64,000 nt of DNA from an uncultured Lachnospiraceae bacterium (GCA_964653635.1 CAZZGZ010000001.1:73986-137985), one strand, 5' to 3'. Positions 28,401 through 38,296 are shown, counted from the first letter of the stretch. Made by a program: numbers and translations. Notes: a model not told the origin generated them from the letters alone.

Positions 28401-31103
28401 TTATACAGCCCAACACACACCATTATCGTCAAAAGTAAGATTTGAAGCTGTGGTAGTTGTGGAGATACTTGTTCCGTTAGGTGACAAACATATAATCAAT
28501 GCACTCATTGACTTTGGTACTTCAATTGTTACTACATCTGAAATTACAACATAAGAGTTAGTGGAAAGTGTGGCGGTTTTGGATTTTCCATTAGAGGAAA
28601 ACTGTTTACAATTTGTGGATTCACTAGACATTCCGCCACTAGATGATAATCCCAAAATATAACCACCTGTATATTTATAGCCATTTTCTGTGTCAATAGA
28701 GCTATCAGAATTCCCAGTAGAGATAATTACTGACTTACCACCGGCAATAAGAATACCATCATATGCTGTAGTGCTGTTAGAATCAATACCGTCTCCACCA
28801 GCAAACACATAAAGTTGACCTCCAGAAATGATTATGCTTTCGCCAGTTGTACCTGTCCCATTAATCCCATCATCACTAGAATAGACAGAAATATCTCCTT
28901 CCTCAATATTGACGACAAGTCCCTCTAGCCCCTCATAACTTCCTGAAATAGAAATAATTCCGCCTGAAATTTTTAAAATACCATCAGCATGTATACCATC
29001 ATCATTACTAAAAAGAGTAAGCGTCCCACCGGATATGGAAATATTTCCTGTACCATAAAAGTCATCTGTTAAATCGTCTTCATCACCAAGAACAACATCG
29101 TTATTTGTGTGTATGGCATCGTCATAAGATTCAATTTCAATAATTCCGCCCGTTATGTTAATTTCATTATCTGCTTTAATTCCCTTTGTAGAATAATCTC
29201 CTTTGTCAGTGTTTCCTTCTTGTGTTCCACCAGGCTGATTTTGGTTGCTTGCAGTGTAGTTTGTAAAATTCACTGTCAAACTATTTCCACTCTTAGAAAG
29301 AGCTAATGTGTCATAGTTGTTGTTGATAGATTTTGCTGAAGTACAAAGATAATAAGAACTATCCTGACTTTGCTTTTGATTTGAATAATACATATACACA
29401 ATCATTTTTTCATAACCACTTGGTTTATCAACTTTGTAATAATAATATGTTGAACCATTGAAACTGTTTGATTTTTCGCTTGAATAAACTTCTGCATTCT
29501 TCCAAACATAGTCTGTGTCGCTATTGTAGTATTTCACTGAAAATAAATAGGAATCATTGTTATAACGAATATAATATATATCATCCACAACTTTTGAGAC
29601 TTCTTCTGAATATTCCGAATATTTATCTGTGTATATTTTTATTGTTCCGCCCGTAATCTCGACATTATAACTTGCATCAATTCCGTCACATGCTGCATAA
29701 ATTTCTACTATTCCACCTGAAATTGTCACTATCCCTTTTTGATTTCCTTTCGACGAAATGTGGGAGTTTTTAGTTTTAATTCCATCTCCTTGTCTAGAGA
29801 TAAGTATCAAAGTTCCACTTGTTATACTAACCGAATCATTGCCTTTAAGTGCATTATCCACACAGTTAACAGATAAAGTGAGATTTTTAATTTCTAAGTC
29901 ATCTTTTGTGTGAATTCCATTGTTATTGTCAGACACAATCGTTAAACTTCCTTTGCCTTTTAGCGATAAGTCAACAGTCGAATAAATACTTGCTGAAGTT
30001 TCATCTTCATCTACTGCTTCACGTTTATCATATATAGCATTTGTAGTACTATCCTTCACTGAAATTTCCACACTCTTTGCTGAAACGACGTATATCGGCA
30101 CTTCAAAATAACTTGTGATTGTAATTCCGGCAAGTTTAAGAATAAAGTTGTAATTTTCTCCACAATCAATTATTATATTGCCATTAAGTGTACCTGAGAG
30201 TGTATAGGTTGTTTCTTCAATTATTTCACCAAAAGTTATTGTAAATTCATCATTATCATTGAAAGTGATTAAATGATTATCTGTGTTGCTACTACAACTA
30301 ATTGTAAAAGTTTGCTTTGGAATAATTTGCCAAACAAGAGTTAAATTTCCAATTATGCCATTTCCCCAACATGTATTAGAATCCTTTGGTGATAATACAA
30401 TTTCATATGTTCCAGTATCAGTCGCAGATAGAGTTTGACTTACAACATTCATGGTATTTTCATCAAAGTTTTCAATATCTGTTAAAGAAATTTCCTTTAC
30501 TTCGCCATCATAGACAAACGTTTTATCAAGAGTCGGAACAGTCAAGGTGTTCGAAAAAGTTCTTACTTGTACTTCAATATCTGTTATGATGTTATAATTT
30601 TTTGTATCAGTAGGTATACAAGTAGCAAGATATGCTGAATCCTCATTTACGATTGTATTAGGCTCTTGCCATGTGAGGTTATATTGTGAAATATCCAAAT
30701 TATCAAGCGTTTGCCCGCTGATGATTCCTAATGTCCCTGGCAAAGTGTAAATTGGATCAGCTTTCGATATGACAAAATTTTCACTTTCAGAAACCGCTCC
30801 CACAGTCTCACCTTCAGCAATAGAAATAGTCACACGATATGAACCAACGTCGGTTGGTGAAACAATTTGTGTGTTTCCACTATAAAAAGATATGCTTACT
30901 TTCCCATCTGAATTGTTAGTATCATAGGTCGGAGTAGCCACACTTTTACCATCATAAACTTTAGATAAATTTTCTATGTTTGTAATCATCCCCAAATCTT
31001 TCGCTTGATTTTTGTTTATGATTATAGGAAAACAACAAAACAATATTGCAACAATAACAATAGATACTATAACAATATTTATCATAGTGGTCTTTTTTGA
31101 CAT
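28401..31103 (-). CDS. Large membrane-anchored surface protein: MBG/Ig-like N-terminal repeats plus a Cthe_2159-like (PF14262-type) beta-helix
   Basis: N-terminal TM anchor. YDGK/YDGE strands. Many (D/G)DGI(H/K/D/N).. ..I.GG.I coils, e.g. DGIHTKDDLEIKN, GDGIKTKN, CDGIDASYNVEITGG, DDGIHADGILKISGG, GDGIDSNS. Confidence 0.75.
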   Translation of the reverse strand: MSKKTTMINIVIVSIVIVAILFCCFPIIINKNQAKDLGMITNIENLSKVYDGKSVATPTYDTNNSDGKVSISFYSGNTQIVSPTDVGSYRVTISIAEGETVGAVSESENFVISKADPIYTLPGTLGIISGQTLDNLDISQYNLTWQEPNTIVNEDSAYLATCIPTDTKNYNIITDIEVQVRTFSNTLTVPTLDKTFVYDGEVKEISLTDIENFDENTMNVVSQTLSATDTGTYEIVLSPKDSNTCWGNGIIGNLTLVWQIIPKQTFTISCSSNTDNHLITFNDNDEFTITFGEIIEETTYTLSGTLNGNIIIDCGENYNFILKLAGITITSYFEVPIYVVSAKSVEISVKDSTTNAIYDKREAVDEDETSASIYSTVDLSLKGKGSLTIVSDNNNGIHTKDDLEIKNLTLSVNCVDNALKGNDSVSITSGTLILISRQGDGIKTKNSHISSKGNQKGIVTISGGIVEIYAACDGIDASYNVEITGGTIKIYTDKYSEYSEEVSKVVDDIYYIRYNNDSYLFSVKYYNSDTDYVWKNAEVYSSEKSNSFNGSTYYYYKVDKPSGYEKMIVYMYYSNQKQSQDSSYYLCTSAKSINNNYDTLALSKSGNSLTVNFTNYTASNQNQPGGTQEGNTDKGDYSTKGIKADNEINITGGIIEIESYDDAIHTNNDVVLGDEDDLTDDFYGTGNISISGGTLTLFSNDDGIHADGILKISGGIISISGSYEGLEGLVVNIEEGDISVYSSDDGINGTGTTGESIIISGGQLYVFAGGDGIDSNSTTAYDGILIAGGKSVIISTGNSDSSIDTENGYKYTGGYILGLSSSGGMSSESTNCKQFSSNGKSKTATLSTNSYVVISDVVTIEVPKSMSALIICLSPNGTSISTTTTASNLTFDDNGVCWAV

Positions 31104-31123
31104 AACAAACTCCTTTTTATTTT

Positions 31124-31152
31124 AATATAATAAAAAATTAACAACTTGTCAA
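31124..31152 (-). promoter_or_regulatory. Consensus-like sigma-A promoter of the surface-protein gene
   Basis: TTGACA - 17 nt - TATATT on the minus strand, then AAAGGAG and the ATG at 31103. Confidence 0.65.
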
Positions 31153-31583
31153 ATAAAATATAATCATTTTTTTACTTTCTATTTAATACGACAAAAAAAG
31201 AAAAAAAAATTAAACTTACTAAAAAATAAGACTTTACATGAATTGAAAATACATGAAAAAAAAATAACTAAAAAATTTAAAATTTTATTAAAAAAGTGCA
31301 AGAATACGGCAGACATTACATCAATGTGGACTTTGGCGGGCTTTTCAAACAATGACTACAAACGCAAGCTCCCGAGTCTTACAATTCTTGGAGCAATTAC
31401 GTTGCAATGAGGATTTCGCCTGTTGCAGATTTTACAAAAGTTTGAACACATAAACATTCAAATAACAATGAACACATATGTAAATAATACCGAAAAAATG
31501 AAAGAAACCTCAGTGAATATTTTTGAGCAAGCAGTTAAATTGCACCTTACTAATCCAAAGATAGTAAAATATGAATTTTAATT

Positions 31584-31734
31584 TGTGGTCAAACTTAACA
31601 AAACTCTCCATATAATAGGGAAAAATAGGTAAATATTAACTGATTTAGCTCAATTTTTGACCACAAGAAAAATAAAATGTGGGCAAAATGGCCATTTTTA
31701 GCCAAAAAGTTGACCACAAAAAAAGATGACCACA
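31584..31734. repeat. Array of five TTGACCACA-like 9-mers (iteron-like) plus a 14-bp perfect palindrome
   Basis: TGTGGTCAA at 31584-31592 (inverted), TTGACCACA at 31657-31665, TGTGGGCAA at 31678-31686 (inverted, 1 mismatch), TTGACCACA at 31710-31718, ATGACCACA at 31726-31734. AAAATGGCCATTTT lies at about 31685-31698. Confidence 0.7.
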
Positions 31735-31776
31735 TACGCAGTCACCTTTATTTATAAGGCATTTAGCCATTTTTTG

Positions 31777-32982
31777 TTATTCAATGATTTGAGAAACAAC
31801 GCCAGAGCCAACTGTTCTGCCACCTTCACGAATAGCGAAACGAAGTCCTTGTTCTATAGCAATAGGCTTAGAGAGTTCAATAGTCATTCTAACGTTATCA
31901 CCAGGCATAACCATTTCAACTCCATCTTCAAGAACTATAGTACCTGTAACATCTGTAGTTCTGAAATAGAATTGTGGACGATATCCATTAAAGAATGCAG
32001 TATGACGACCACCTTCCTCTTTCTTAAGAACATAAACTTCAGCAGTAAACTTAGTGTGAGGATTAATCGTACCAGGTTTAGCCAAAACTTGTCCTTTCTC
32101 GATATCAGTTCTATTTATACCACGTAATAAAAGTCCAACATTATCACCTGCTTGTCCCTGATCAAGAATCTTCCTAAACATTTCGACACCAGTTACAACT
32201 GTTTGACGTTTTTCACGAAGTCCCACAAGTTCAACAGTATCATTAATTTTTACAACGCCTCTTTCAATTCTACCAGTAGCAACCGTACCACGACCTGTAA
32301 TTGTGAAAACATCTTCAACAGGCATAAGGAAAGGCTTATCAGTCTCTCTTTGTGGAGTTGGAATGTAAGAATCAACAGCATCAAGGAGTTCTTGAATAGG
32401 TTTAAGATCTGGACTAGAAATATCATTTCTATCACATGCTTCGTTTGCCTTAAGAGCTGATCCTCTAATAATAGGTGTCTCATCACCAGGGAATCCATAC
32501 TCACTTAAAAGTTCACGGATTTCCATTTCAACAAGATCAAGAAGTTCAGGGTCATCAACCTGATCAACTTTGTTCATAAATACAACTATATAAGGAACTC
32601 CAACTTGACGAGCAAGAAGTATATGTTCTCTTGTTTGAGGCATTGGGCCATCAGTTGCAGCAACTACTAGGATAGCACCATCCATCTGTGCAGCACCTGT
32701 AATCATGTTCTTAACATAGTCTGCATGTCCTGGGCAGTCTACGTGAGCATAATGTCTCTTTTTAGTTTTATACTCAACATGAGCTGTATTAATTGTGATT
32801 CCTCTTGCTTTTTCTTCTGGAGCCTTGTCGATTTGGTCATATTTCATAGCCTCAGCAAGACCAAGCATAGCTGAGTAACGGCATATAGCCGCAGTTAATG
32901 TTGTTTTACCATGGTCAACATGTCCAATGGTACCAATATTGCAGTGTTCAAGTGAACGGTCAAAGGTTTCTTTTTCTGCCAT
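31777..32982 (-). CDS. tuf: Elongation factor Tu
   Basis: [33 protein letters not shown]... The start is set at the ATG at 32982, which has an AAAGGAG RBS. Confidence 0.98.
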   Translation of the reverse strand: MAEKETFDRSLEHCNIGTIGHVDHGKTTLTAAICRYSAMLGLAEAMKYDQIDKAPEEKARGITINTAHVEYKTKKRHYAHVDCPGHADYVKNMITGAAQMDGAILVVAATDGPMPQTREHILLARQVGVPYIVVFMNKVDQVDDPELLDLVEMEIRELLSEYGFPGDETPIIRGSALKANEACDRNDISSPDLKPIQELLDAVDSYIPTPQRETDKPFLMPVEDVFTITGRGTVATGRIERGVVKINDTVELVGLREKRQTVVTGVEMFRKILDQGQAGDNVGLLLRGINRTDIEKGQVLAKPGTINPHTKFTAEVYVLKKEEGGRHTAFFNGYRPQFYFRTTDVTGTIVLEDGVEMVMPGDNVRMTIELSKPIAIEQGLRFAIREGGRTVGSGVVSQIIE

Positions 32983-33017
32983 TTTGTAATATTCTCCTTT
33001 AATATGATTTCTTTGAT

Positions 33018-33045
33018 AGTATATCATAAAATATTTTTTTTTCAA
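33018..33045 (-). promoter_or_regulatory. Probable internal promoter for tuf
   Basis: TTGAAA - 16 nt - (TGa)TATACT on the minus strand, within the 174-nt fusA-tuf spacer. Confidence 0.5.
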
Positions 33046-33219
33046 AATGTTTTTACGATTTTTTTACTAAAATGTTAAGCATTTTTAATCATCTATTATA
33101 GCGATAAAATCCTAACAAGACGATAGCACAAAGGCATAAATCAAATAAATTTTTCTTCCACACTCGTCTAAATGTGATTACAGAGTTTCTTAATAATTTG
33201 GTGTCAAATTGACTCAATT

Positions 33220-35295
33220 TTATTTGTTTTTCTTTCGGTCACCCATAATCTTTTCACTTATAGATTTTGGAACTTCGCTATATTTCAAAAATTCCATAGT
33301 GAATGTACCACGCCCCTGAGTCTGTGAACGAAGATCGGTTGCATAACCAAACATCTCGGAAAGTGGAACTTCCGCATTTATAATCTGAACACCTGGTTCA
33401 CTTTCATTCCCCATAAGATTACCACGACGGGATGTTATGTTGCCCATAACTGTTCCAAGATATTCATCAGGAACAATAACTTGCACTTTCATGATAGGTT
33501 CTAGAAGGACTGGATTTGCCTTAGAAACAGCATCACGAAATGCCATAGAACCAGCAATTTTAAATGCAGCTTCCGACGAGTCGACTTCATGATATGAACC
33601 ATCGACTACTGTAACTTTAAAGTCAACAGTTTCATAGCCAGCAAGTACACCATTCATACGTGCTTCAGCTATACCATTATTAATAGGTTGTATATATTCT
33701 TTAGGGATCGACCCACCAACAGTTTTATCTTCAAATACATATCCAGAACCTGGTTCTAATGGCTCAATATCAATTACGCAGTGTCCATATTGCCCCTTAC
33801 CACCAGACTGACGAATGAACTTGCCCTCAGCATGTGCATTTTTGCGTATGGTTTCACGATAAGCAACTTGTGGAGCACCTACATTAGCTTCTACTTTAAA
33901 CTCACGAAGAAGACGATCAACAATTATTTCGAGATGCAATTCTCCCATACCAGCAATTATAGTTTGCCCTGTTTCCTGATCAGTGTAAGTTTTAAATGTA
34001 GGATCCTCTTCAGCAAGTTTGATAAGAGCTAATACCATTTTTTCTTGCATAAGCTTAGTTTTTGGTTCAATAGCAACACGAATAACGGGTTCTGGAAAAT
34101 CCATACTCTCAAGTTGAATAGGATGATTCTCATCACAAAGAGTTTCCCCCGTTACAGTATTTTTCAAACCTACTATTGCTGCGATATCACCTGCTCCAAC
34201 TTCTTTAATTTCTTCTCTTTGATTAGCATGCATACGTATCAATCGCCCAACACGTTCCTTTTCGCCCTTATTTGAGTTATAAACGTAAGAACCTGCCTCA
34301 AGTTTTCCTGAATAGACACGGAAAAACGCAAGCTTTCCAACAAATGGGTCAGTCATAATCTTAAACGCAAGTCCTGCGAATGGAGCATCCTCGCTTGGAA
34401 CACGTGTTTCTGTTTCACCAGTCTCTGGATTTATACCATCAATATGAGCGATATCAAGTGGACTAGGTAAAAAATCAACCATACAGTCAAGAAGTTTTTG
34501 AACCCCTTTATTTTTATATGATGAACCACAGATAATTGGAGTAACTTGTTTACTAATTGTTGCCTTTCGAATAGCCTTTTTCAAGGTATCAATATCAAAT
34601 TCTTCACCGGCAAAGTATCTCTCCATTAATTCATCATCGGTTTCAACTATTTTTTCTATCATCTCATCATGATATTGTTTTGCTTTTGCCTTGTATTCCT
34701 CAGGAATTTCAACTTCTTCAACATTTTGATTTAAATCGTCATGATATATAGTAGCCTTCATATCAAGTAAATCTATAATTCCATTAAAATTATCAGCAGA
34801 TCCAATAGGTATCTCTAATGGAAGTGGATTAGTTTTAAGTCTATCCCTAATTTTATCAATGCAAGCAAAGTAATCAGCACCATCACGATCCATTTTGTTA
34901 ACATAAATCATAGTTGGAACTTTATATCTGTCCGCTTGACGCCAAACTGTTTCAGTTTGAGGTTGAACACCACCACGAGCACAAAGTACTAGCACAGCTC
35001 CATCGAGAACCTTTAATGATCTCTCAACTTCGACAGTAAAGTCAACGTGTCCTGGAGTGTCAATGATATTAATCTTATGATTATTCCAGAAACATGTTGT
35101 GCATGCAGAAGTGATAGTGATACCCCTTTCTTGCTCTTGTGCCATCCAGTCCATTGTTGCTTCACCATCATGAACTTCACCTATCTTATGTTTTTTACCA
35201 GTATAGAATAGAATACGTTCTGTGGTGGTAGTTTTTCCAGCATCAATATGCGCCATTATACCAATATTTCTAGTCATTTCTAGATTAGTTGACAT
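33220..35295 (-). CDS. fusA: Elongation factor G
   Basis: [20 protein letters not shown]..., [12 protein letters not shown]. Full five-domain length (691 aa). Confidence 0.98.
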   Translation of the reverse strand: MSTNLEMTRNIGIMAHIDAGKTTTTERILFYTGKKHKIGEVHDGEATMDWMAQEQERGITITSACTTCFWNNHKINIIDTPGHVDFTVEVERSLKVLDGAVLVLCARGGVQPQTETVWRQADRYKVPTMIYVNKMDRDGADYFACIDKIRDRLKTNPLPLEIPIGSADNFNGIIDLLDMKATIYHDDLNQNVEEVEIPEEYKAKAKQYHDEMIEKIVETDDELMERYFAGEEFDIDTLKKAIRKATISKQVTPIICGSSYKNKGVQKLLDCMVDFLPSPLDIAHIDGINPETGETETRVPSEDAPFAGLAFKIMTDPFVGKLAFFRVYSGKLEAGSYVYNSNKGEKERVGRLIRMHANQREEIKEVGAGDIAAIVGLKNTVTGETLCDENHPIQLESMDFPEPVIRVAIEPKTKLMQEKMVLALIKLAEEDPTFKTYTDQETGQTIIAGMGELHLEIIVDRLLREFKVEANVGAPQVAYRETIRKNAHAEGKFIRQSGGKGQYGHCVIDIEPLEPGSGYVFEDKTVGGSIPKEYIQPINNGIAEARMNGVLAGYETVDFKVTVVDGSYHEVDSSEAAFKIAGSMAFRDAVSKANPVLLEPIMKVQVIVPDEYLGTVMGNITSRRGNLMGNESEPGVQIINAEVPLSEMFGYATDLRSQTQGRGTFTMEFLKYSEVPKSISEKIMGDRKKNK

Positions 35296-35412
35296 ATTTT
35301 TTCTCCTTATTTATAGTCTTTTTCACTTTTACTTTATGAAAAGTTCGAGTTTAACAATTTTGTATTGAAAAACTCCATATTTTGCATTAATACAAATTAA
35401 TCAATGACATTT

Positions 35413-35886
35413 TTACCACTTAAAATGAGCAAAAGCTTTATTAGCCTCAGCCATTCTGTGCATATCGTCACGTTTTTTAATGGATGCACCTGTATTATTA
35501 TACGCATCCCAAAGCTCACCAGCAAGACGCTCATCCATAGTTCTTTCGCTAGTACGTTTTCTTGCATTTTCAACTATCCAACGAATAGCTAAAGTTTGCC
35601 TTCTTTCTGGGCGAATCTCCATAGGAACTTGATATGTTGCACCGCCAACACGTCTGCCCTTAGTTTCAAGGACTGGCTTAACGTTTTCAAGAGCTTGATT
35701 GAAACATTCAAATCCATCAATTTCATGTTTCTCTTTAATACTATTGAATGCGCCATAGACAATGCGTTGAGCAAGCCCCTTCTTACCATTTTCCATAACT
35801 TGATTGATAAGCTTAGTAACAACTTTACTGTTATAGATTGGATCAGCGAGGACGTCTCTTTTTGCCACACTATTTCTTCTTGGCAT
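35413..35886 (-). CDS. rpsG: 30S ribosomal protein S7
   Basis: [28 protein letters not shown]... ends in ..AHFKW. Confidence 0.97.
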   Translation of the reverse strand: MPRRNSVAKRDVLADPIYNSKVVTKLINQVMENGKKGLAQRIVYGAFNSIKEKHEIDGFECFNQALENVKPVLETKGRRVGGATYQVPMEIRPERRQTLAIRWIVENARKRTSERTMDERLAGELWDAYNNTGASIKKRDDMHRMAEANKAFAHFKW

Positions 35887-35944
35887 ATTATTATCTCCTT
35901 TTGTTAAATTTTTAAATACATTCTAACTAAATAATTTTATCTAT

Positions 35945-36319
35945 TTATTTTTTAGGTTTTTTTGCACCATATTTAGAACGAGATTGCATACGTTTAGCAA
36001 CTCCAGCAGTATCAAGTGTTCCACGGATAATATGATATCTTACACCTGGAAGATCTTTAACACGACCGCCACGAACAAGTACAACGCTATGCTCTTGAAG
36101 ATTGTGACCTTCACCACCGATATACCCCATTACCTCAGCTTTATTGCTAAGACGAATTTTAGCAATTTTTCTAAGAGCTGAGTTAGGTTTTTTAGGTGTT
36201 GCTGTTCTAACTGAAATACAAACACCTCTTTTCTGTGGATTTCCATGAAGATCTGGTGCTTTAGATCTCTTTTCGAATTGTTTTCTTCCTTTTTTTACAA
36301 GTTGATTAATTGTAGGCAT
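35945..36319 (-). CDS. rpsL: 30S ribosomal protein S12
   Basis: [13 protein letters not shown]...[11 protein letters not shown]... The start is set at the ATG at 36319. Confidence 0.97.
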   Translation of the reverse strand: MPTINQLVKKGRKQFEKRSKAPDLHGNPQKRGVCISVRTATPKKPNSALRKIAKIRLSNKAEVMGYIGGEGHNLQEHSVVLVRGGRVKDLPGVRYHIIRGTLDTAGVAKRMQSRSKYGAKKPKK

Positions 36320-36597
36320 ATTATTTTTCCTTTTACAAAATTTTCTTGCGACCAAATTGACTTAATCGACATATCAAAGTGGAAGTTTGTCTAAAAAAGA
36401 CGCTAAAGTATGCACTCTACGTCTTAAATACCCATTATAAAACAAAATCGTTTTGTAAAACATGAACAAGCACGAACCCAAAAGGTCTTGAAACAAGGTT
36501 TCAATCAGTGATTAACAAAAATAATAAGTCACTTGCTGTTTGTTTATGCTGTGATAACTCACAAGGCACTGTTTCCGACATCGAAACATACGAGTTT

Positions 36598-36626
36598 ATT
36601 ATATACAAAAGATATAAATTTGTCAA
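36598..36626 (-). promoter_or_regulatory. str-operon promoter (perfect sigma-A consensus)
   Basis: TTGACA (36626-36621) - 17 nt - TATAAT (36603-36598) on the minus strand. This implies a leader of about 270 nt before rpsL. Confidence 0.7.
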
Positions 36627-36664
36627 GCATTTTGTTTAAATTTTGTAAAAATTAATTTTGCCTA

Positions 36665-36693
36665 TTGACAAGCATTCAAACATGTGTTATAAT
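36665..36693 (+). promoter_or_regulatory. Perfect sigma-A consensus promoter, divergent from the str promoter
   Basis: TTGACA - 17 nt (ending TGT) - TATAAT, then a GAGGAG RBS and the ATG at 36720. Confidence 0.7.
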
Positions 36694-36719
36694 TCACTCG
36701 TTAAAAGAGGAGAAAAAAT

Positions 36720-37349
36720 ATGAGTAATCGCAAATGCAAAGCAAGGTTTGCAAATGAAATGGCAACCGAATCTTATTTAAAGCAACCTGATAAGGTTATT
36801 GATAACTTATCTAGCAAGTATGACCTAAGTCAAAGAGAAGACAATTCCGAAGAACTCAAATTGTCTAATAATCCTAACATTCTCACATCAGAAAAGGTTA
36901 AAAAAATTTTAAAACTTGAAAATTACAATCCAGAAATAGTCATTCAATTAATTTCGGATGAGATATTAAAGATAGGACTCAACAATGACTGTCATGAGAA
37001 ATTATACTTAATAAAGGGTCGATTAAATAAGTATGGAAAAGAAATTATAGATACACAAAATCCTGATCTTATAACTCTATTTGCTATCTACTTTGATGAA
37101 TACCTTTCTAATTTACAAATTAAAACTTTGGAAAACATAGTTTTAAACTCCAAAGTTGCCAATAAAGACGTCCTTCTTGCCAAGCTCGCAAGTAACATAT
37201 CAAGAGTAAATAAATACACAGTTGCTTACACTCTCCTATCTTCAGGAAGTGAAATGATTGGCTATTTTATAAAAAATGTTAAAGATGCTGACATATATAT
37301 TTCAAGAGCTAACGCCATAATACAAGAGGAACAAAAACAAGAAAAATAA
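36720..37349 (+). CDS. Hypothetical protein (209 aa)
   Basis: ORF with a strong promoter and RBS. Predicted helical. No recognisable motif. Confidence 0.65.
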   Translation: MSNRKCKARFANEMATESYLKQPDKVIDNLSSKYDLSQREDNSEELKLSNNPNILTSEKVKKILKLENYNPEIVIQLISDEILKIGLNNDCHEKLYLIKGRLNKYGKEIIDTQNPDLITLFAIYFDEYLSNLQIKTLENIVLNSKVANKDVLLAKLASNISRVNKYTVAYTLLSSGSEMIGYFIKNVKDADIYISRANAIIQEEQKQEK

Positions 37350-37371
37350 CACAAATTGTGTTTATTTTTTT
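37348..37371 (+). terminator. Terminator after the 36720 gene
   Basis: AACACAA/TTGTGTT palindrome followed by TATTTTTTT. Confidence 0.6.
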
Positions 37372-37375
37372 GGTA

Positions 37376-37404
37376 TTGACATAATAGTTTTGTTGTGATA
37401 AAAT
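37376..37404 (+). promoter_or_regulatory. Consensus sigma-A promoter giving a probably leaderless transcript
   Basis: TTGACA - 17 nt (ending TGA) - TAAAAT. Only 6 nt separate the -10 from the ATG at 37411, and there is no SD. Confidence 0.6.
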
Positions 37405-37410
37405 AAAAAT

Positions 37411-38274
37411 ATGAATAATGATGAAATGCTTAAAAATTCAATTTGTTTTATGGGCCCTAAAGCTGTTGGTAAAACTTTAATAAGCAAAGCTATAACAAAA
37501 AAATTAGGTTATACCTACATTAACCTTGACACAATATATGCACATATACAGCGTATGTGTGCGTGTGATTCTTTTGAGGACTATACCACTATACTCAAAC
37601 ATGATAGACTAAATGCACTATCAACTTTAGAGTATAGTTGTGCGACTAGAAGACTTAATTACTTTAAAGAATGTGACATGCTATTTGATATGGAGCAACT
37701 ATATAATTACTTATGGTACGACACCAGTTGGATTCCAGTAATTGAAAAACTATCTCTTAATAGCCAGATGTTCATTTCGCAGATTGAAAATGTGCAAGCC
37801 CTTGATTATATTATATCAAAAATGCGAGCCCCTTACGTATTTGATTTAGGTGGGCATGTAGGCGTAAATATCAATGTACCAAAATCGGATTTACATTTTA
37901 TTGAACAATACTTTCAAGCATCATATAAGGATCTTAAGGAGTTTCAGTTTAGAACGATAAAAAAAATAGGTGTTAGAGTATTTTTAATGCCTGGACAAAA
38001 TTATCTACAATGTCCTTGTGAAGATATCCATGATGAAGTCAATGATCTACTACTTCATAAATTAGATAGCTATAATACTTTAAGCAATATGGCAATAAGT
38101 ACAAATGGAATATTTCACAATTTCTCCGATCCTATGTTTGAAAAAAGAGGAAGTAATGATATAGATGGATTCTTAAACAGAGATAAAAATAAAAATCAAT
38201 CAGAAATTCAAAACATTTGCGATGAAATTATTTATAGAAGACAGGAATTACAAGCAGAAGAAATGAAGGAATAA
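37411..38274 (+). CDS. P-loop kinase-like protein (287 aa), function unknown
   Basis: Walker A GPKAVGKT at aa 15-22. YINLDT and FDLGGH are reminiscent of the shikimate/gluconate-kinase-type fold. A long insert and an unrelated C-terminus follow. Confidence 0.65.
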   Translation: MNNDEMLKNSICFMGPKAVGKTLISKAITKKLGYTYINLDTIYAHIQRMCACDSFEDYTTILKHDRLNALSTLEYSCATRRLNYFKECDMLFDMEQLYNYLWYDTSWIPVIEKLSLNSQMFISQIENVQALDYIISKMRAPYVFDLGGHVGVNINVPKSDLHFIEQYFQASYKDLKEFQFRTIKKIGVRVFLMPGQNYLQCPCEDIHDEVNDLLLHKLDSYNTLSNMAISTNGIFHNFSDPMFEKRGSNDIDGFLNRDKNKNQSEIQNICDEIIYRRQELQAEEMKE

Positions 38275-38296
38275 TAGTTTTCTTCATTTTTTTTGT
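38261..38296 (+). terminator. Terminator of the 37411 gene
   Basis: AAATGAAG - loop containing the stop codon - CTTCATTT followed by a T-run. Confidence 0.65.

Noticed and set aside
28214-28432. 72-aa minus-strand ORF downstream of the surface-protein gene
   Set aside because: It spans two terminator hairpins and the convergent-gene spacer. Its translation is a Cys/Tyr/Ile-rich low-complexity product with no RBS.
31296-31440. Possible c-di-GMP (GEMM-I) riboswitch, suggested by ACGCAAGCTCCCGAG resembling the ACGCAAAGCC.CCGG linker
   Set aside because: The match is on the plus strand, where no downstream gene exists. The first GNRA hairpin and the GGCAAA element are missing. On the minus strand, which is the sense direction for the surface gene, nothing fits, and that gene has a proximal promoter.
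31584-31734. Interpreting the TTGACCACA array as oriC DnaA boxes
   Set aside because: The box differs at two positions from TTATCCACA. No dnaA or dnaN, AT-rich unwinding element or strand-orientation switch is seen here. It is kept only as an unexplained iteron-like array.
31726-32460. ORFs at 31726-32127 (+), 32152-32460 (+) and 32250-32504 (-), inside or antisense to tuf
   Set aside because: They overlap the strongly conserved EF-Tu frame, have low-complexity translations and lack an RBS. They are shadow ORFs typical of AT-rich DNA.
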